Below, piece by piece: positions 17,475 through 27,287 of a DNA stretch of 64,000 nucleotides. Source of the DNA: a bacterium. Lineage in GTDB: Bacteria; Zhuqueibacterota; Zhuqueibacteria; Zhuqueibacterales; Zhuqueibacteraceae. Each line of letters starts with the position of its first letter. Position 1 is the first letter of the stretch. The position numbers were made by a program, and so were the translations under genes. Below the pieces are notes generated by a model, which saw only the letters and a program-made list of their open reading frames with translations, had not been told where the DNA came from and did not search any database. Where the stretch lies: contig JBIOXB010000195.1 of NCBI GenBank assembly GCA_044869275.1, positions 17,456 to 81,455 on the forward strand. The letters run 5' to 3'.

Positions 17475-18419
17475 TCAGTTCCACTGCAAACCGCCAAAAA
17501 TTCCGCTTTTGTCGCCTTGAATCATGTCCACATAAGTCTGATTCATCGGCCCACGGCTTTTCCAGCGCTTGAACACCTGCTCCCAGGTGATGGGCTGCTC
17601 AAACCGCCAGCGCTTTTCCTGGGGATCATACTCGCACGGGAACGGATACTCGATGAAGTATTGTTTCGTGGCTTCATCGAAATGCGCGGGCACGTTGATG
17701 CCGATGCTCGCGCACAGCGGCACGGTTGCGTTCATCCACACCTGGCGCAGTTGATCGTTGGTCAGGCCTTTCAGGCGATAATCCAATTGATCGTTGTGCT
17801 TCTTGAGCGTGTCGGGCAGGCCGAACCACTCCAGCGTCATCGGAAACATCCAGTCAACCGCGCGTTGCAAAGCTTCTTTCGCCGCGCCGCCGGCTTTGGC
17901 CAGGCGCTTCATCCAGCTCTCACCGTGGCGCAAATGCAAAACCTCTTCGCGATCGACCTTCGTCAGCGCGCGCTGCCACGGCCCGTAGCTGCAGTTTTTA
18001 TGCACGTCGGCGAGCAGCGTGATGCCGGCGCGGTCGAAAAAACCGTTCGCCACCACCATCTCCGCCCAGTTTTCCAAGGGCTGGTCGAAGCCGTAAGGAT
18101 GCTTGAATTCATGCGGCGCGCGGCCGTAAATCAGCCATTGCTTCGACACGCCCAAATCTTCCAGAATGCGATAGGCAATATTGGCGTGGCCCAATTCATC
18201 TTGAATGATGGCGTACACCGCCAGGCGGCTGTTGATGGTGGGCGCGTCTTTTGAAGCGAAGTAATAGGCCGGCGCGCTCAACAGCTCGGTATCGCCTTGC
18301 ACGGTGAGAATGACTTCCAGGGCTTTTTTGTAGCCCGGCGTCATGTCGTCTTCGCTTTCGACGATATAACCATTGGCGATTTTTTGGCGCAGCTCGGCGT
18401 CTTTTTCTGGTGGCAACAT
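17475..18419 (-). CDS. paaA: Ring-1,2-phenylacetyl-CoA epoxidase subunit A-like (diiron catalytic subunit)
   Basis: MTPGYK, QGDTE, QDELGH, CSYGPW, EEVLHLRHG, LQRAVDW, TNDQLRQ; start at MLPPEK (18419). Confidence 0.9.
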   Translation of the reverse strand: MLPPEKDAELRQKIANGYIVESEDDMTPGYKKALEVILTVQGDTELLSAPAYYFASKDAPTINSRLAVYAIIQDELGHANIAYRILEDLGVSKQWLIYGRAPHEFKHPYGFDQPLENWAEMVVANGFFDRAGITLLADVHKNCSYGPWQRALTKVDREEVLHLRHGESWMKRLAKAGGAAKEALQRAVDWMFPMTLEWFGLPDTLKKHNDQLDYRLKGLTNDQLRQVWMNATVPLCASIGINVPAHFDEATKQYFIEYPFPCEYDPQEKRWRFEQPITWEQVFKRWKSRGPMNQTYVDMIQGDKSGIFGGLQWN

Positions 18420-18636
18420 GATCGGCTCTTGCCTTAATGGCTTTGACGAGTGCTTGAAGATAGACACTGACGGGCGCAATGTCAAGCAGGCAAACAAAAA
18501 CCCGCAATGAATTGCCGCGCGCTTTGCGGCTGCAAATTCATGCAGGAAGAATCTCATTCATTCACGGCACCAGTGGCCTAGAGCTTCATTGGCGTCAAAG
18601 CGCTTGCGCGAATGACAAAAAGTTATAGATTTCGGC

Positions 18637-19095
18637 TTAGAAGGGTTTCATCACCACCAGCACGATGGTGAGCATGGCGAGCAGCAGGTTAAAGCCGCCA
18701 AACAATAAATGGCTGTTCTTGACTTGATTGGCTTCTGCGGCTTTGCCCTCCGCGCGCAGCGCGATCATGCGTTTGAGATTGCGGAGATCCAAATGCGAAA
18801 GCCCGACGAGCACCACCACCAGAGTGCTCTTGGCGTGCAGCCAGCTGCCGGTGCTGAAGGCGTTCGTGAAAATGGCAAGAATCAGTCCGGTGAGCAGGGC
18901 TGTCACCAAGCCATAAAACTCGACGTATCTCGTGACCGCCAGGGCCATTTTTTCGCTCGCCTCCTGCTCTACCACGGAAGCCGAGCGAAATTTGCGCAGC
19001 AAGAAAAGCTGCGTCATGGCGCCGCCGACACCGGCGATGACGAAAAGAATGTGCACGATCTTCAACAAGTGGCCGGCCAGAATTGCAAAATCCAT
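18637..19095 (-). CDS. Four-helix membrane protein (DUF2269/CopD/HemJ-like)
   Basis: Four hydrophobic helices, KIVH, WLHAK, VVMKPF end. Confidence 0.7.
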   Translation of the reverse strand: MDFAILAGHLLKIVHILFVIAGVGGAMTQLFLLRKFRSASVVEQEASEKMALAVTRYVEFYGLVTALLTGLILAIFTNAFSTGSWLHAKSTLVVVLVGLSHLDLRNLKRMIALRAEGKAAEANQVKNSHLLFGGFNLLLAMLTIVLVVMKPF

Positions 19096-19210
19096 CCTTT
19101 TCTCCTATTTTGTCGAGGAACGAAATGCGAGCACGTTTGAAAAGAAAATAGGCAGGCGAGCGCGCAATGTCAAGTGTTTGCACCAGGATGGAAATAAAAT
19201 AAACCAAGAG

Positions 19211-19777
19211 ATGATTGCACCGCGAACTTTATTGGAAGCCTACAGCCAGGGCATTTTTCCCATGGCGGACGAAAAAGGCCGTTTGAATTGGTATGAGGCC
19301 GATCCCCGTGCCATCGTGGAAATCGACGCGTACCGCATACCGCGCGATTTGAAGCGCGTATTGAATCGCCAGGCTTTTGCCATTCACTTCGACCGCAGCT
19401 TCGAGCAAGTCATGCGCGGCTGCGCCGCGCGTGCGCAAACGTGGATTTCCGAAGAGATCATTCGCTCTTACCTGGCATTGCACCAATTGGGTTATGCGCA
19501 CAGTGTCGAAGCCTGGCAGAACGGCAAATTGGCGGGGGGATTGTACGGCGTGCGCGTGGGTGCGGCATTTTTTGGCGAGTCGATGTTCTACCGCGTTTCG
19601 CACGCTTCAAAAGTGGCGCTGGCGCATTTGCTGCAACATTTGCAGGCGCGGAGGTTTCTATTGCACGACGCGCAAGTGATGACACCGACGCTCGAGCTTT
19701 TTGGCGCGAAAAACATTTCGCGCAGTGAGTACTTGGTGCGCTTGCGCGCGGCGTTGAATCAAAAAGCCTCGTTCTAG
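19211..19777 (+). CDS. aat: Leucyl/phenylalanyl-tRNA--protein transferase
   Basis: LLEAYSQGIFPM, HSVEAW..GKLAGGLYGV..GAAFFGESMF, ASKVAL. Confidence 0.96.
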   Translation: MIAPRTLLEAYSQGIFPMADEKGRLNWYEADPRAIVEIDAYRIPRDLKRVLNRQAFAIHFDRSFEQVMRGCAARAQTWISEEIIRSYLALHQLGYAHSVEAWQNGKLAGGLYGVRVGAAFFGESMFYRVSHASKVALAHLLQHLQARRFLLHDAQVMTPTLELFGAKNISRSEYLVRLRAALNQKASF

Positions 19778-19821
19778 CGGCCGGGGGAACCACAATTTCC
19801 GCCGCCAGGACACGCTGGAAT

Positions 19822-22338
19822 TCACTTTGATTTCAGCGTGGTTTTCCAGAGAAACGGCTGGTGAAAAAGACACTGATTCACCAGCGCGTAAACCGCCAGG
19901 CCGAACACCACGGCCAAAGGCAGCCACCACCCGAAGAAAAATAACAAAATTCCTGCCGAGCCTGGAAGATATTTCCACAAACTCGTCTTCCAAAACGCCG
20001 GATCGCGCAAGTGCGGCAACCTGGCTCCCGCGCTTTCAACGTCGCGGCTTGATCTGGTGGTGCGGCCGGTGGCAGCGGCCATGCGCTTCGTATAACGAAT
20101 TCCGGCAACAAACAGGTCCACGATCGCATTCCACTTCCAAATCAACAAGCCCATGGCAGCCGCCATGACCAGCATGGTTCGCAATGATGCTTCCAGCCAG
20201 CCGTCCCAAACTGTAAAACGGGCAATGAAGGGCGGCAACCGGAGCAAGGCCTCGGGCAGATCATATTGCAGTCCGGCAATGAAAAAATAGCTGCCCCACA
20301 ACAGGAACATAGCTGCCGTGCAGCAGGAGCTGAAGGCTTTGAGATGCAGCGCGCGGAAGAAGCGGTGCTTGCCCACCTGGATGACCTGGCGCAGATGGTG
20401 CGCGTCAGACATGGCGTGCGGCAGCTGGAATGCGGCCTTCCAGTCAACCTCCTCATAGAAATTCTCCTGGGCAGCGAACGAATCGTAGAGATACGTATCG
20501 GCCATCACATAACCGAGATTCACCAGGGCAGCGATTTCCTCCTCGCCAAAACCGTCGAGATCCGTCCTGATTTCAGCAAGCCCCTGGCGCAGTTGCGCGA
20601 GCTGCGCAATCCGCGCTTGTGCTTGGGGAGCCAATTCGTGGTGGCGCGCGGCGAGGCCCGTAGCATTATCGGAAACGATGTGAAAGTATGCCGCTTCGTC
20701 AAACTTGCGCGTCGCCAGAATCCGCTTGATTTCCCGGGGCGTGGCCTCGGCCTCTAATGTCGAGCTCGCAGCCCCCTTCCACTCATACAAAACTTCCTGA
20801 TGCAAGTCCGCCAGGTCTTGCACCAAAAGATTGGTGATGCGCCAAGGCAGCATGAGTCGATTAACGGAAGAGTAGCGCTGGTGCTGGTAGATTCCGCCGG
20901 CATCACTGACAATAACGTAGCTGCAGTATTCGTCGCGCAGCGCCCATATTCCCATATTATCGAAAACGCCGCCGTCCGTCAATCCCAGGGTTGCCACATG
21001 ACTGTCATTGTATATTCGATAAAACAAGATGGGCGGGAAGACCGGCGGAAAACACGCCGAGCAACTGACGGCGGTGCCCAGGGTGAGATTTTCCCAATCC
21101 TCCTTCAGGTCACGCGATACGACCATGGCTTGCCTGAGCGCGTACAATTCAAACAAGAAATCCAGCGTCAGGGCGTAGCCGGCCTTGGTTTCGAGCCCTT
21201 CACTGAGCTTGGCATCAATGCGCGCAAGTGCTTCCCAGAATCGTTCGCGATGATGCGCAGCGGCGAGCTTCGCCTGGCGGAGCTGGCCGAACTCGGCACG
21301 CAAAAGGAGCTGAATACCCGGCACTGCAAAAATCACTGACCAGCCGCCGGCCTGCTGCAAAACCTGCGGCCGCTGCGCTTGGGAAAAATCGATCACGGCA
21401 TCAGGGTGGTGGCGGAGCCACAACAATAATTTCGCCAGAAATAAATGCGGCGTTCTGAGCTTGCGGAGGCGAAGCGTGAGCGCCTCGTCGTTGAGATAAT
21501 CCGCCAGGCTTTTATGTTTGAACAGCAGGGCTTGAAGCCGCTCGCACACTTCTCTGCCCTCATTCAGCTTTTCGATTTCGCTGTGCCGGAAGTAGCCCAG
21601 GAACCAGTCCCCGATCTCGGAACTGGAAAAGAAAAATCTCGCGCCGGAGTTCACCGAGGTGGCATTCATGATCAGCTCGGTGAGGGCACAGCCATCTGCT
21701 TTTTCGGACTGTTCGCGGTTATAGTCCTCCAGTTCCTCCGGCGGCTCGCGCGTCGCGCCGATGTCGCGCAGTCGAATTCTTCCCGGCCAAAGCCGCTGTG
21801 CCCAATGGCGGAAGGGGTCGAGCCAGCGCCGTTGCTGCCATGGCGGCTGCCAAAGCCAGCGCAGCCAAAGCAGCGGGGCATAGGAAACCGGATCACGAGA
21901 ACTCTGCATTAAGCGGTCAACGGTGTCCCGGAAAATGTACCTTTCATACAGATGCGCCATGCGCTCCCCCAAATTGTAGGGGGTGAGCAGTACTCCCAGC
22001 ATGCCCAGCGGATTCAGCCACAGTCTATTGCGGAGATTGCGGCGTACGGCTCTGATCATGGTCTTTTCGAGCCGATGGATGATTTCGACATAATGCTCGT
22101 TGCCCAGCGCGCGGTTGTGCTCGAGCATTTTCTGCTTCAACAGCAGCATATAAAGCGCGCCGATAATCGAACCTCCCGAGACCGTCGACAAAACCTCCAC
22201 CCGGCGCAGCAGATTCAGCTCGGCCATGCGCTTCAACACTCCTAGGTGAAACAAGGAAGCCCGAAAACCTCCGCCTGACAGCGCCAGCCCCAGCTTCTTA
22301 CGAGGGGCGCTACCATGGGTGTGCATATGCTCACTCAT
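19822..22338 (-). CDS. Patatin-like phospholipase with a large insertion and C-terminal TM helices
   Basis: GLALSGGGFRASLFHLG, STVSGGS nucleophile, SACFPPVF, TDGGVFDN. Confidence 0.88.
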   Translation of the reverse strand: MSEHMHTHGSAPRKKLGLALSGGGFRASLFHLGVLKRMAELNLLRRVEVLSTVSGGSIIGALYMLLLKQKMLEHNRALGNEHYVEIIHRLEKTMIRAVRRNLRNRLWLNPLGMLGVLLTPYNLGERMAHLYERYIFRDTVDRLMQSSRDPVSYAPLLWLRWLWQPPWQQRRWLDPFRHWAQRLWPGRIRLRDIGATREPPEELEDYNREQSEKADGCALTELIMNATSVNSGARFFFSSSEIGDWFLGYFRHSEIEKLNEGREVCERLQALLFKHKSLADYLNDEALTLRLRKLRTPHLFLAKLLLWLRHHPDAVIDFSQAQRPQVLQQAGGWSVIFAVPGIQLLLRAEFGQLRQAKLAAAHHRERFWEALARIDAKLSEGLETKAGYALTLDFLFELYALRQAMVVSRDLKEDWENLTLGTAVSCSACFPPVFPPILFYRIYNDSHVATLGLTDGGVFDNMGIWALRDEYCSYVIVSDAGGIYQHQRYSSVNRLMLPWRITNLLVQDLADLHQEVLYEWKGAASSTLEAEATPREIKRILATRKFDEAAYFHIVSDNATGLAARHHELAPQAQARIAQLAQLRQGLAEIRTDLDGFGEEEIAALVNLGYVMADTYLYDSFAAQENFYEEVDWKAAFQLPHAMSDAHHLRQVIQVGKHRFFRALHLKAFSSCCTAAMFLLWGSYFFIAGLQYDLPEALLRLPPFIARFTVWDGWLEASLRTMLVMAAAMGLLIWKWNAIVDLFVAGIRYTKRMAAATGRTTRSSRDVESAGARLPHLRDPAFWKTSLWKYLPGSAGILLFFFGWWLPLAVVFGLAVYALVNQCLFHQPFLWKTTLKSK

Positions 22339-22665
22339 CTTATCCTCATGGGAACGTATGGCATCAATGCTTCAGAAGATCCCGAAATCATGGCAACGCA
22401 TGCGGCAATGAGAAACGATCTCAGGGCCTGCAATTGGCCGCAGACAGCTTTCCGTCGGCAAACTCAAGGGCCGTTCCGAATGATGAATGCCGTGTGAAAT
22501 TACCCGCAATGAGGGCCTGAAGCGTGAATGCAAGGATCTATTCAATTGGAAAGGCCTAGGGTTTTTCAGAAGGCGTGGTGACATCCTTCCCCATTTTTGG
22601 AATGGAAAAATATGTAAAATTGGCGAGGCGTTGTCAAGGACAAAATCTTGGTGGTCCCGGAGTCT

Positions 22666-23520
22666 TCAGGGAGAATTTTTTTTGTTCCCCACAGGGGCCT
22701 TCGTTTCAGATTTGGGCACGGGCGGCACCGGCGGAACCGGATAAGTGGAGCCCGGCGGAGGCAGGGGATGCTCAAAACGAAAACTATCCGGCATAGGAAC
22801 GAAACCATGCGGCTCGAGCTCGATGGGCAGATGGCCGGAAGTTTCAGAAATTTCTCTGAGGAGGACTTCGATGCGCGGCGGCATCGGGGGCGGGGGCTGC
22901 CGCGAGAACACGGTGGCGAGACTTTCGGCGAGGTGTACCTGCACGCGCACGCCAACCATTCGCGCCAGCGCGGCGGTGTCGATTTTCACGACAAAGTTGG
23001 GCTCGACGCGATAAAACGAACGGTGCGGAAAGGGCGCAAGCGTCGGCGCCCAGCCGGAATCAGTCATGGTCTGCTCCCAACGCGCCTGGAATTTCTCGAA
23101 AGCATGCATGCGCTCGGCGAATTTTTGCAGGCGTTTTTCATCTTGCCTGACTCGCACCTCCGCCCACCGCAGCGCGGCCAGGGAGCTGTCGATTTTTTCC
23201 TGCGGCAAGGGCCTGCCTTCCGCTTCCGCATTCAGCACCACCGCGGCAAACTGCTCGAGGTGGTCTTGATCCACCCGCCCTTCCAGAGCTCGTGCACGCA
23301 TCGCGTCAAACTCTTCCTGCACTTCCCGTTCTTTTTCTTTCGGCACCATCGCCAAAAGCTTATTGCCCAAGACCTCCAGCGCGGTGTTCAAAACTTGATC
23401 CTTGATCCGGTCTTTGGGATAAAACAGAAAAAGAATGAAGCTTGAAACCAGAATGACGCCCAAAGCTTTGAGCAGATTGGGAATGAGGTCTTTCATAGAG
23501 TATTTCACGATCGCAGCCAT
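22666..23520 (-). CDS. Hypothetical membrane-anchored protein with Pro-rich tail
   Basis: N-terminal TM helix, helical middle region, PPPP-rich C-terminus; downstream of pfkA on the same strand. Confidence 0.6.
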   Translation of the reverse strand: MAAIVKYSMKDLIPNLLKALGVILVSSFILFLFYPKDRIKDQVLNTALEVLGNKLLAMVPKEKEREVQEEFDAMRARALEGRVDQDHLEQFAAVVLNAEAEGRPLPQEKIDSSLAALRWAEVRVRQDEKRLQKFAERMHAFEKFQARWEQTMTDSGWAPTLAPFPHRSFYRVEPNFVVKIDTAALARMVGVRVQVHLAESLATVFSRQPPPPMPPRIEVLLREISETSGHLPIELEPHGFVPMPDSFRFEHPLPPPGSTYPVPPVPPVPKSETKAPVGNKKNSP

Positions 23521-23594
23521 TTGAGGCGATACTGATGTTCTTTAGACCGCGGCGGGCGGAAAAAAGTTTGCGTGCCACACGCAGATATTTTGAC

Positions 23595-24698
23595 TCACTC
23601 ATCCCCGAAGCTCGTTCCCACTGCTCGTGCGGCGCGCACCAAACGATGATTTCTCGGCACCAGCTTGAGCTGGGAGATGCAAGTCTCAAGTGGTATGCTC
23701 ACAATCTCCGCGCCTTGCAGCGCCACCATTTTGCCGAATTCGTTTTCGGCGCACAAACGCACGGCTTCGGCGCCGAAGGTCGTTGCCAGCATGCGATCAT
23801 GCGCCGTCGGGTTGCCGCCGCGCTGCAAATGCCCCAAAACCGTGACACGCGTTTCCAATTCCGTGTCGCGCGCGATGCGTTCCGCCACGACTTCACCTGC
23901 GCCGCCCAGGCGCTTGGCGTCGGTGCGCTTGACGTCCATTTCGCGCACGATCTCCCCCACCTCTGGAATCTTGGCGCCTTCGGCGACGCACACAATGCTG
24001 AAGCGCTTGCCACGGGTGCTGCGCTCAATTACTTTGTGATTCACCGCTTCCCACGTAAACGGAATCTCAGGTATCAATATAATATCCGCGCCGCCAGCCA
24101 AACCCGCGCTCACGGCGATCCAGCCGGCATAGCGCCCCATCACTTCAATCACCATGATGCGATGGTGCGAGGAGGCCGTGGTGTGCAGGCGGTCGATCGC
24201 TTCCGTGGCGACGCTCACCGCGGTGTCATAACCAAACGTGACGTCCGTGCCGTATAAATCATTGTCGATCGTTTTGGGCACGCCGACGATATTCAAGCCG
24301 GCTTCAACGAGTTTCTTGCAAATGTGCATGCTGCCGTCGCCGCCGGTGACGATCAGCGCATTCAAACCCCAGCGTTTGTAATTTTTGATGGCGCGCGCCG
24401 AAGCATCGACGATCTGGGTTTTGCCGTCCGGCGCTTCGTCGGGATAGTGCCACGGGTCGCCCTTATTGGACGTCCCCAAGATCGTTCCACCTTGATGGAC
24501 GATGCCCGAGACATCCGCGTTGGTGAGCTCGCGCATGCGGCCTTCGACCAAGCCTTCGAAGCCGTCCTCGATGCCGATTACGGTGGCGCCATATTCGTTC
24601 ATTGCCGGCTTGGCCACGGCGCGAATGACGGCATTCAAACCCGGACAATCGCCGCCGCCGGTCAGAATTCCTATCCGTCGCAGAGTCTTTCCTGTCAT
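23595..24698 (-). CDS. pfkA: 6-phosphofructokinase (PfkA family)
   Basis: ILTGGGDCPGLNAVIR, GGTILGT, GGDGS, PKTIDND, EVMGR, LGHLQRGG. Confidence 0.96.
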   Translation of the reverse strand: MTGKTLRRIGILTGGGDCPGLNAVIRAVAKPAMNEYGATVIGIEDGFEGLVEGRMRELTNADVSGIVHQGGTILGTSNKGDPWHYPDEAPDGKTQIVDASARAIKNYKRWGLNALIVTGGDGSMHICKKLVEAGLNIVGVPKTIDNDLYGTDVTFGYDTAVSVATEAIDRLHTTASSHHRIMVIEVMGRYAGWIAVSAGLAGGADIILIPEIPFTWEAVNHKVIERSTRGKRFSIVCVAEGAKIPEVGEIVREMDVKRTDAKRLGGAGEVVAERIARDTELETRVTVLGHLQRGGNPTAHDRMLATTFGAEAVRLCAENEFGKMVALQGAEIVSIPLETCISQLKLVPRNHRLVRAARAVGTSFGDE

Positions 24699-24916
24699 AG
24701 TTGCCTTGCTCCAGTATCGAAACGGGAATGATTCCAATCATGACTAAAACGCTTTCAATGTGCGGCAAGGCCGTGCAAAATGCAAGCGGAAATTTTGCCG
24801 TGCGCGGGCTTTTCAGATGGAATTTTCGCTTGAAAATAGCGGCATTCCTTGCTATGTTGCCCACCAATAGTTTCAGCCCACCCGCAGGCAGCGCGAAAAT
24901 TATCCATTCGGGCCTT

Positions 24917-25591
24917 ATGAAGAAAAAGACCGGACTGGCGACACAGGCGATCGAAGATTATCTGAAAGCGATCCACGAGCTGCAGGCGCGCGCGGCCAAA
25001 GTATCCACTTCGGCGCTCGCCCGGCGTTTGCAGGTCGCACAAGCATCGGTCACCGGCATGATCAAAAAGCTGGCGGACATGAAGCTGGTGGAATACTCGC
25101 GCTATCAAGGGGTCAAATTAACCGAGGCCGGCGAAAAAATCGCGCTGGAGGTGATTCGCCATCATCGCCTGCTGGAATTGTACCTGGCAGAGGCCATGGG
25201 CTACAGCTGGGACAAGGTTCACGAGGAAGCAGAGCGATTGGAGCATTATATCTCGGAAGAATTCGAAGACAAGATCGACCAGTTTTTGGGCCGTCCCACC
25301 GTGGACCCGCACGGCTCACCTATTCCCACGAAAGAAGGCAAGCTGCCCTTGCCCAAAGGCTTTGCCCTTTCCGATTCCCAGCCCGGCGAGCGTCTGATCG
25401 TGTTGCGGGTATCCGATCGCGATCCGGAGAAGCTGCGTTATTTGGGCCAGATTGGCATTTATCCGCAGAGCGAAATCAAGGTTATGGGCACAGCGCCTTT
25501 CAACGGGCCGATTCACATTCAAGTGAGCGGCGTTTTTCACCACCTCGGCCGCGAGATTTCGGACGCTATTTTTGTCGAGCGTGCGGAGTGA
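24917..25591 (+). CDS. mntR: DtxR/MntR metal-dependent repressor with FeoA domain
   Basis: EDYLKAI, RHHRLLELYL, VHEEAERLEH, DPHGSPIP. Confidence 0.92.
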   Translation: MKKKTGLATQAIEDYLKAIHELQARAAKVSTSALARRLQVAQASVTGMIKKLADMKLVEYSRYQGVKLTEAGEKIALEVIRHHRLLELYLAEAMGYSWDKVHEEAERLEHYISEEFEDKIDQFLGRPTVDPHGSPIPTKEGKLPLPKGFALSDSQPGERLIVLRVSDRDPEKLRYLGQIGIYPQSEIKVMGTAPFNGPIHIQVSGVFHHLGREISDAIFVERAE

Positions 25592-25847
25592 ATCTGCGCC
25601 TGCCAACGTCCGAAGCACAATGCACAAATCTCAAAACCCCAGCAGCCCATTAGAATTTTGGAATTGAAAACTTGCGTTTGGAAATCTGGCAGCGCAAGCA
25701 AACACACCGGCTGCTGCCATCATAATTTCCCCTGCTCCCGCTCCCGCACTTTCTTTCCGTTGCTTGTAATCTCCCCTTAAGCATTGAAACCGTGCCACCC
25801 GGCCTCCTGCCCGGTGGGAAAAACTCACGTTTTTGGAGATCGGCGTT

Positions 25848-26639
25848 ATGAAGAAAATCGTCACCTCGATGGTGTTGCTGACCTTTGCCGCCACCATCTT
25901 TTTACAGGATGTTGTGGCTGCAGGACCCCGGACGAACGAGCCGGCGAGCGCGGGAGCGACGTATTCTTTGGCCGTGCTGGAGCTGGAAAGCAGCGGGCCC
26001 GTTTCATCTTCCGACGCAAGCCGTCTGACCGAGCGTTTGCGCGGCGAATTCGGCGGAGCCGGAATTTTTGAGGTGATGAGCAAAGGCCAGTTGGAAACGG
26101 TGTTGCAAGCCGCGGGCCTCAGCATTACGGGTTGCAGCACGCAAGAGTGCGCCTTGCAAGCCGGTCGCGCCGCGGCCACCAAACTCGTGACCTTCGGCAG
26201 CATCAGCAAAACCGGATCGAGCTATGATCTGCAAATACAAATGATACACGTGAAAAGCGGCCAGATCGTGCAAACCGTACGGGAAAGTTTTAGCGGCGAG
26301 TACGATGCACTCGAAGCGCACATGGCGACCGTGGCCCGCAAGTTGATGGGCACATCCGGTGCCGGCGCCGCTTCTACCGGCGGCAGCAAGGCAGGCCAGG
26401 AAGCTTCACGCCAAACCGCCGCGGAAAGCCCAAGCTCGTGGGACACCTCCTCGAGTGATTCCTATTCTGAAAATTCCAATAGCGGCGGCGGCAAAGCGCT
26501 CATCATCGGGCTGGCTGCGGTCGGCCTGGTTGGCGGCGGCATTTTGATCAGCCAAGCGCTAAAGGATGATGGCAACGGCACGGTCAACCCTCCGCCACCG
26601 CCGGGCGGTACTTTGCCGAATCCGCCGACGTTTCCGTAA
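25848..26639 (+). CDS. Exported CsgG/DUF2380-like protein with Ser-rich linker, C-terminal hydrophobic helix and Pro-rich tail
   Basis: LAVLEL, LTERLR, C...ECAL.AG, GSISK, GLAAVGLVGGGILI, PPPPPGGTLPNPPTFP. Confidence 0.65.
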   Translation: MKKIVTSMVLLTFAATIFLQDVVAAGPRTNEPASAGATYSLAVLELESSGPVSSSDASRLTERLRGEFGGAGIFEVMSKGQLETVLQAAGLSITGCSTQECALQAGRAAATKLVTFGSISKTGSSYDLQIQMIHVKSGQIVQTVRESFSGEYDALEAHMATVARKLMGTSGAGAASTGGSKAGQEASRQTAAESPSSWDTSSSDSYSENSNSGGGKALIIGLAAVGLVGGGILISQALKDDGNGTVNPPPPPGGTLPNPPTFP

Positions 26640-27287
26640 AAGCGGTTTTTTTCTCCGTTTCTTGAACGAGGCTGTGCAAAGGCAGGGAGCGCCAAAATTA
26701 GCAGCAAGATTCTCGTCAGGCAGAAGTTTCAAGACTGGCACCGGCAGCGAAATCGCAGAGGCTTGCCTTTTCGTCCGGCAGTGGCAGCCTTTGACAACGG
26801 CGAGACCCACTTCCCTGTTGCACAGAAAAGGTCCGGTCATACGCTTCAATTCACCGCACACTTCGACAACTGGTTCGTGGGGCAACTCGCCGGCACGGCG
26901 TGCGCCATCTGCGCCGTCGTAATCGCGCCCGCTTCCGCCTGAATAATCCTTCTGGATCACTTGCAAAACCGTGTTTCATTTTCATACGCGGAACGGCATG
27001 GCGAGGTTTGGCCTGCGGGTCCAAATTTCTGCTTGTGTTTGCGCGGCCTGGCAAAGCGAGCCGCCATGCCGTTCCCAGCTTCAAAAATATCGCTTCATTC
27101 CTGAGTTATGGCGCCAAACGCCTGCCCTGCGCTTTTGTCTCAAGAGCGGCATCAAGATTGCAGGGCGAAGCCACAATCTGGCAAATCCCGTCGCGTTTCG
27201 CAAGTAGACACGAAGAAATACATTGAAGCTTTTCGGGATGAAAGCAGGCAGCAGCACAGGCTCGAACACTTAAACGAGGTGCAGTAC

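Noticed and set aside
25779..25800. TGGCAC on the minus strand as a sigma-54 promoter
   Set aside because: The -12 GC is at the wrong spacing and no gene follows in that direction.
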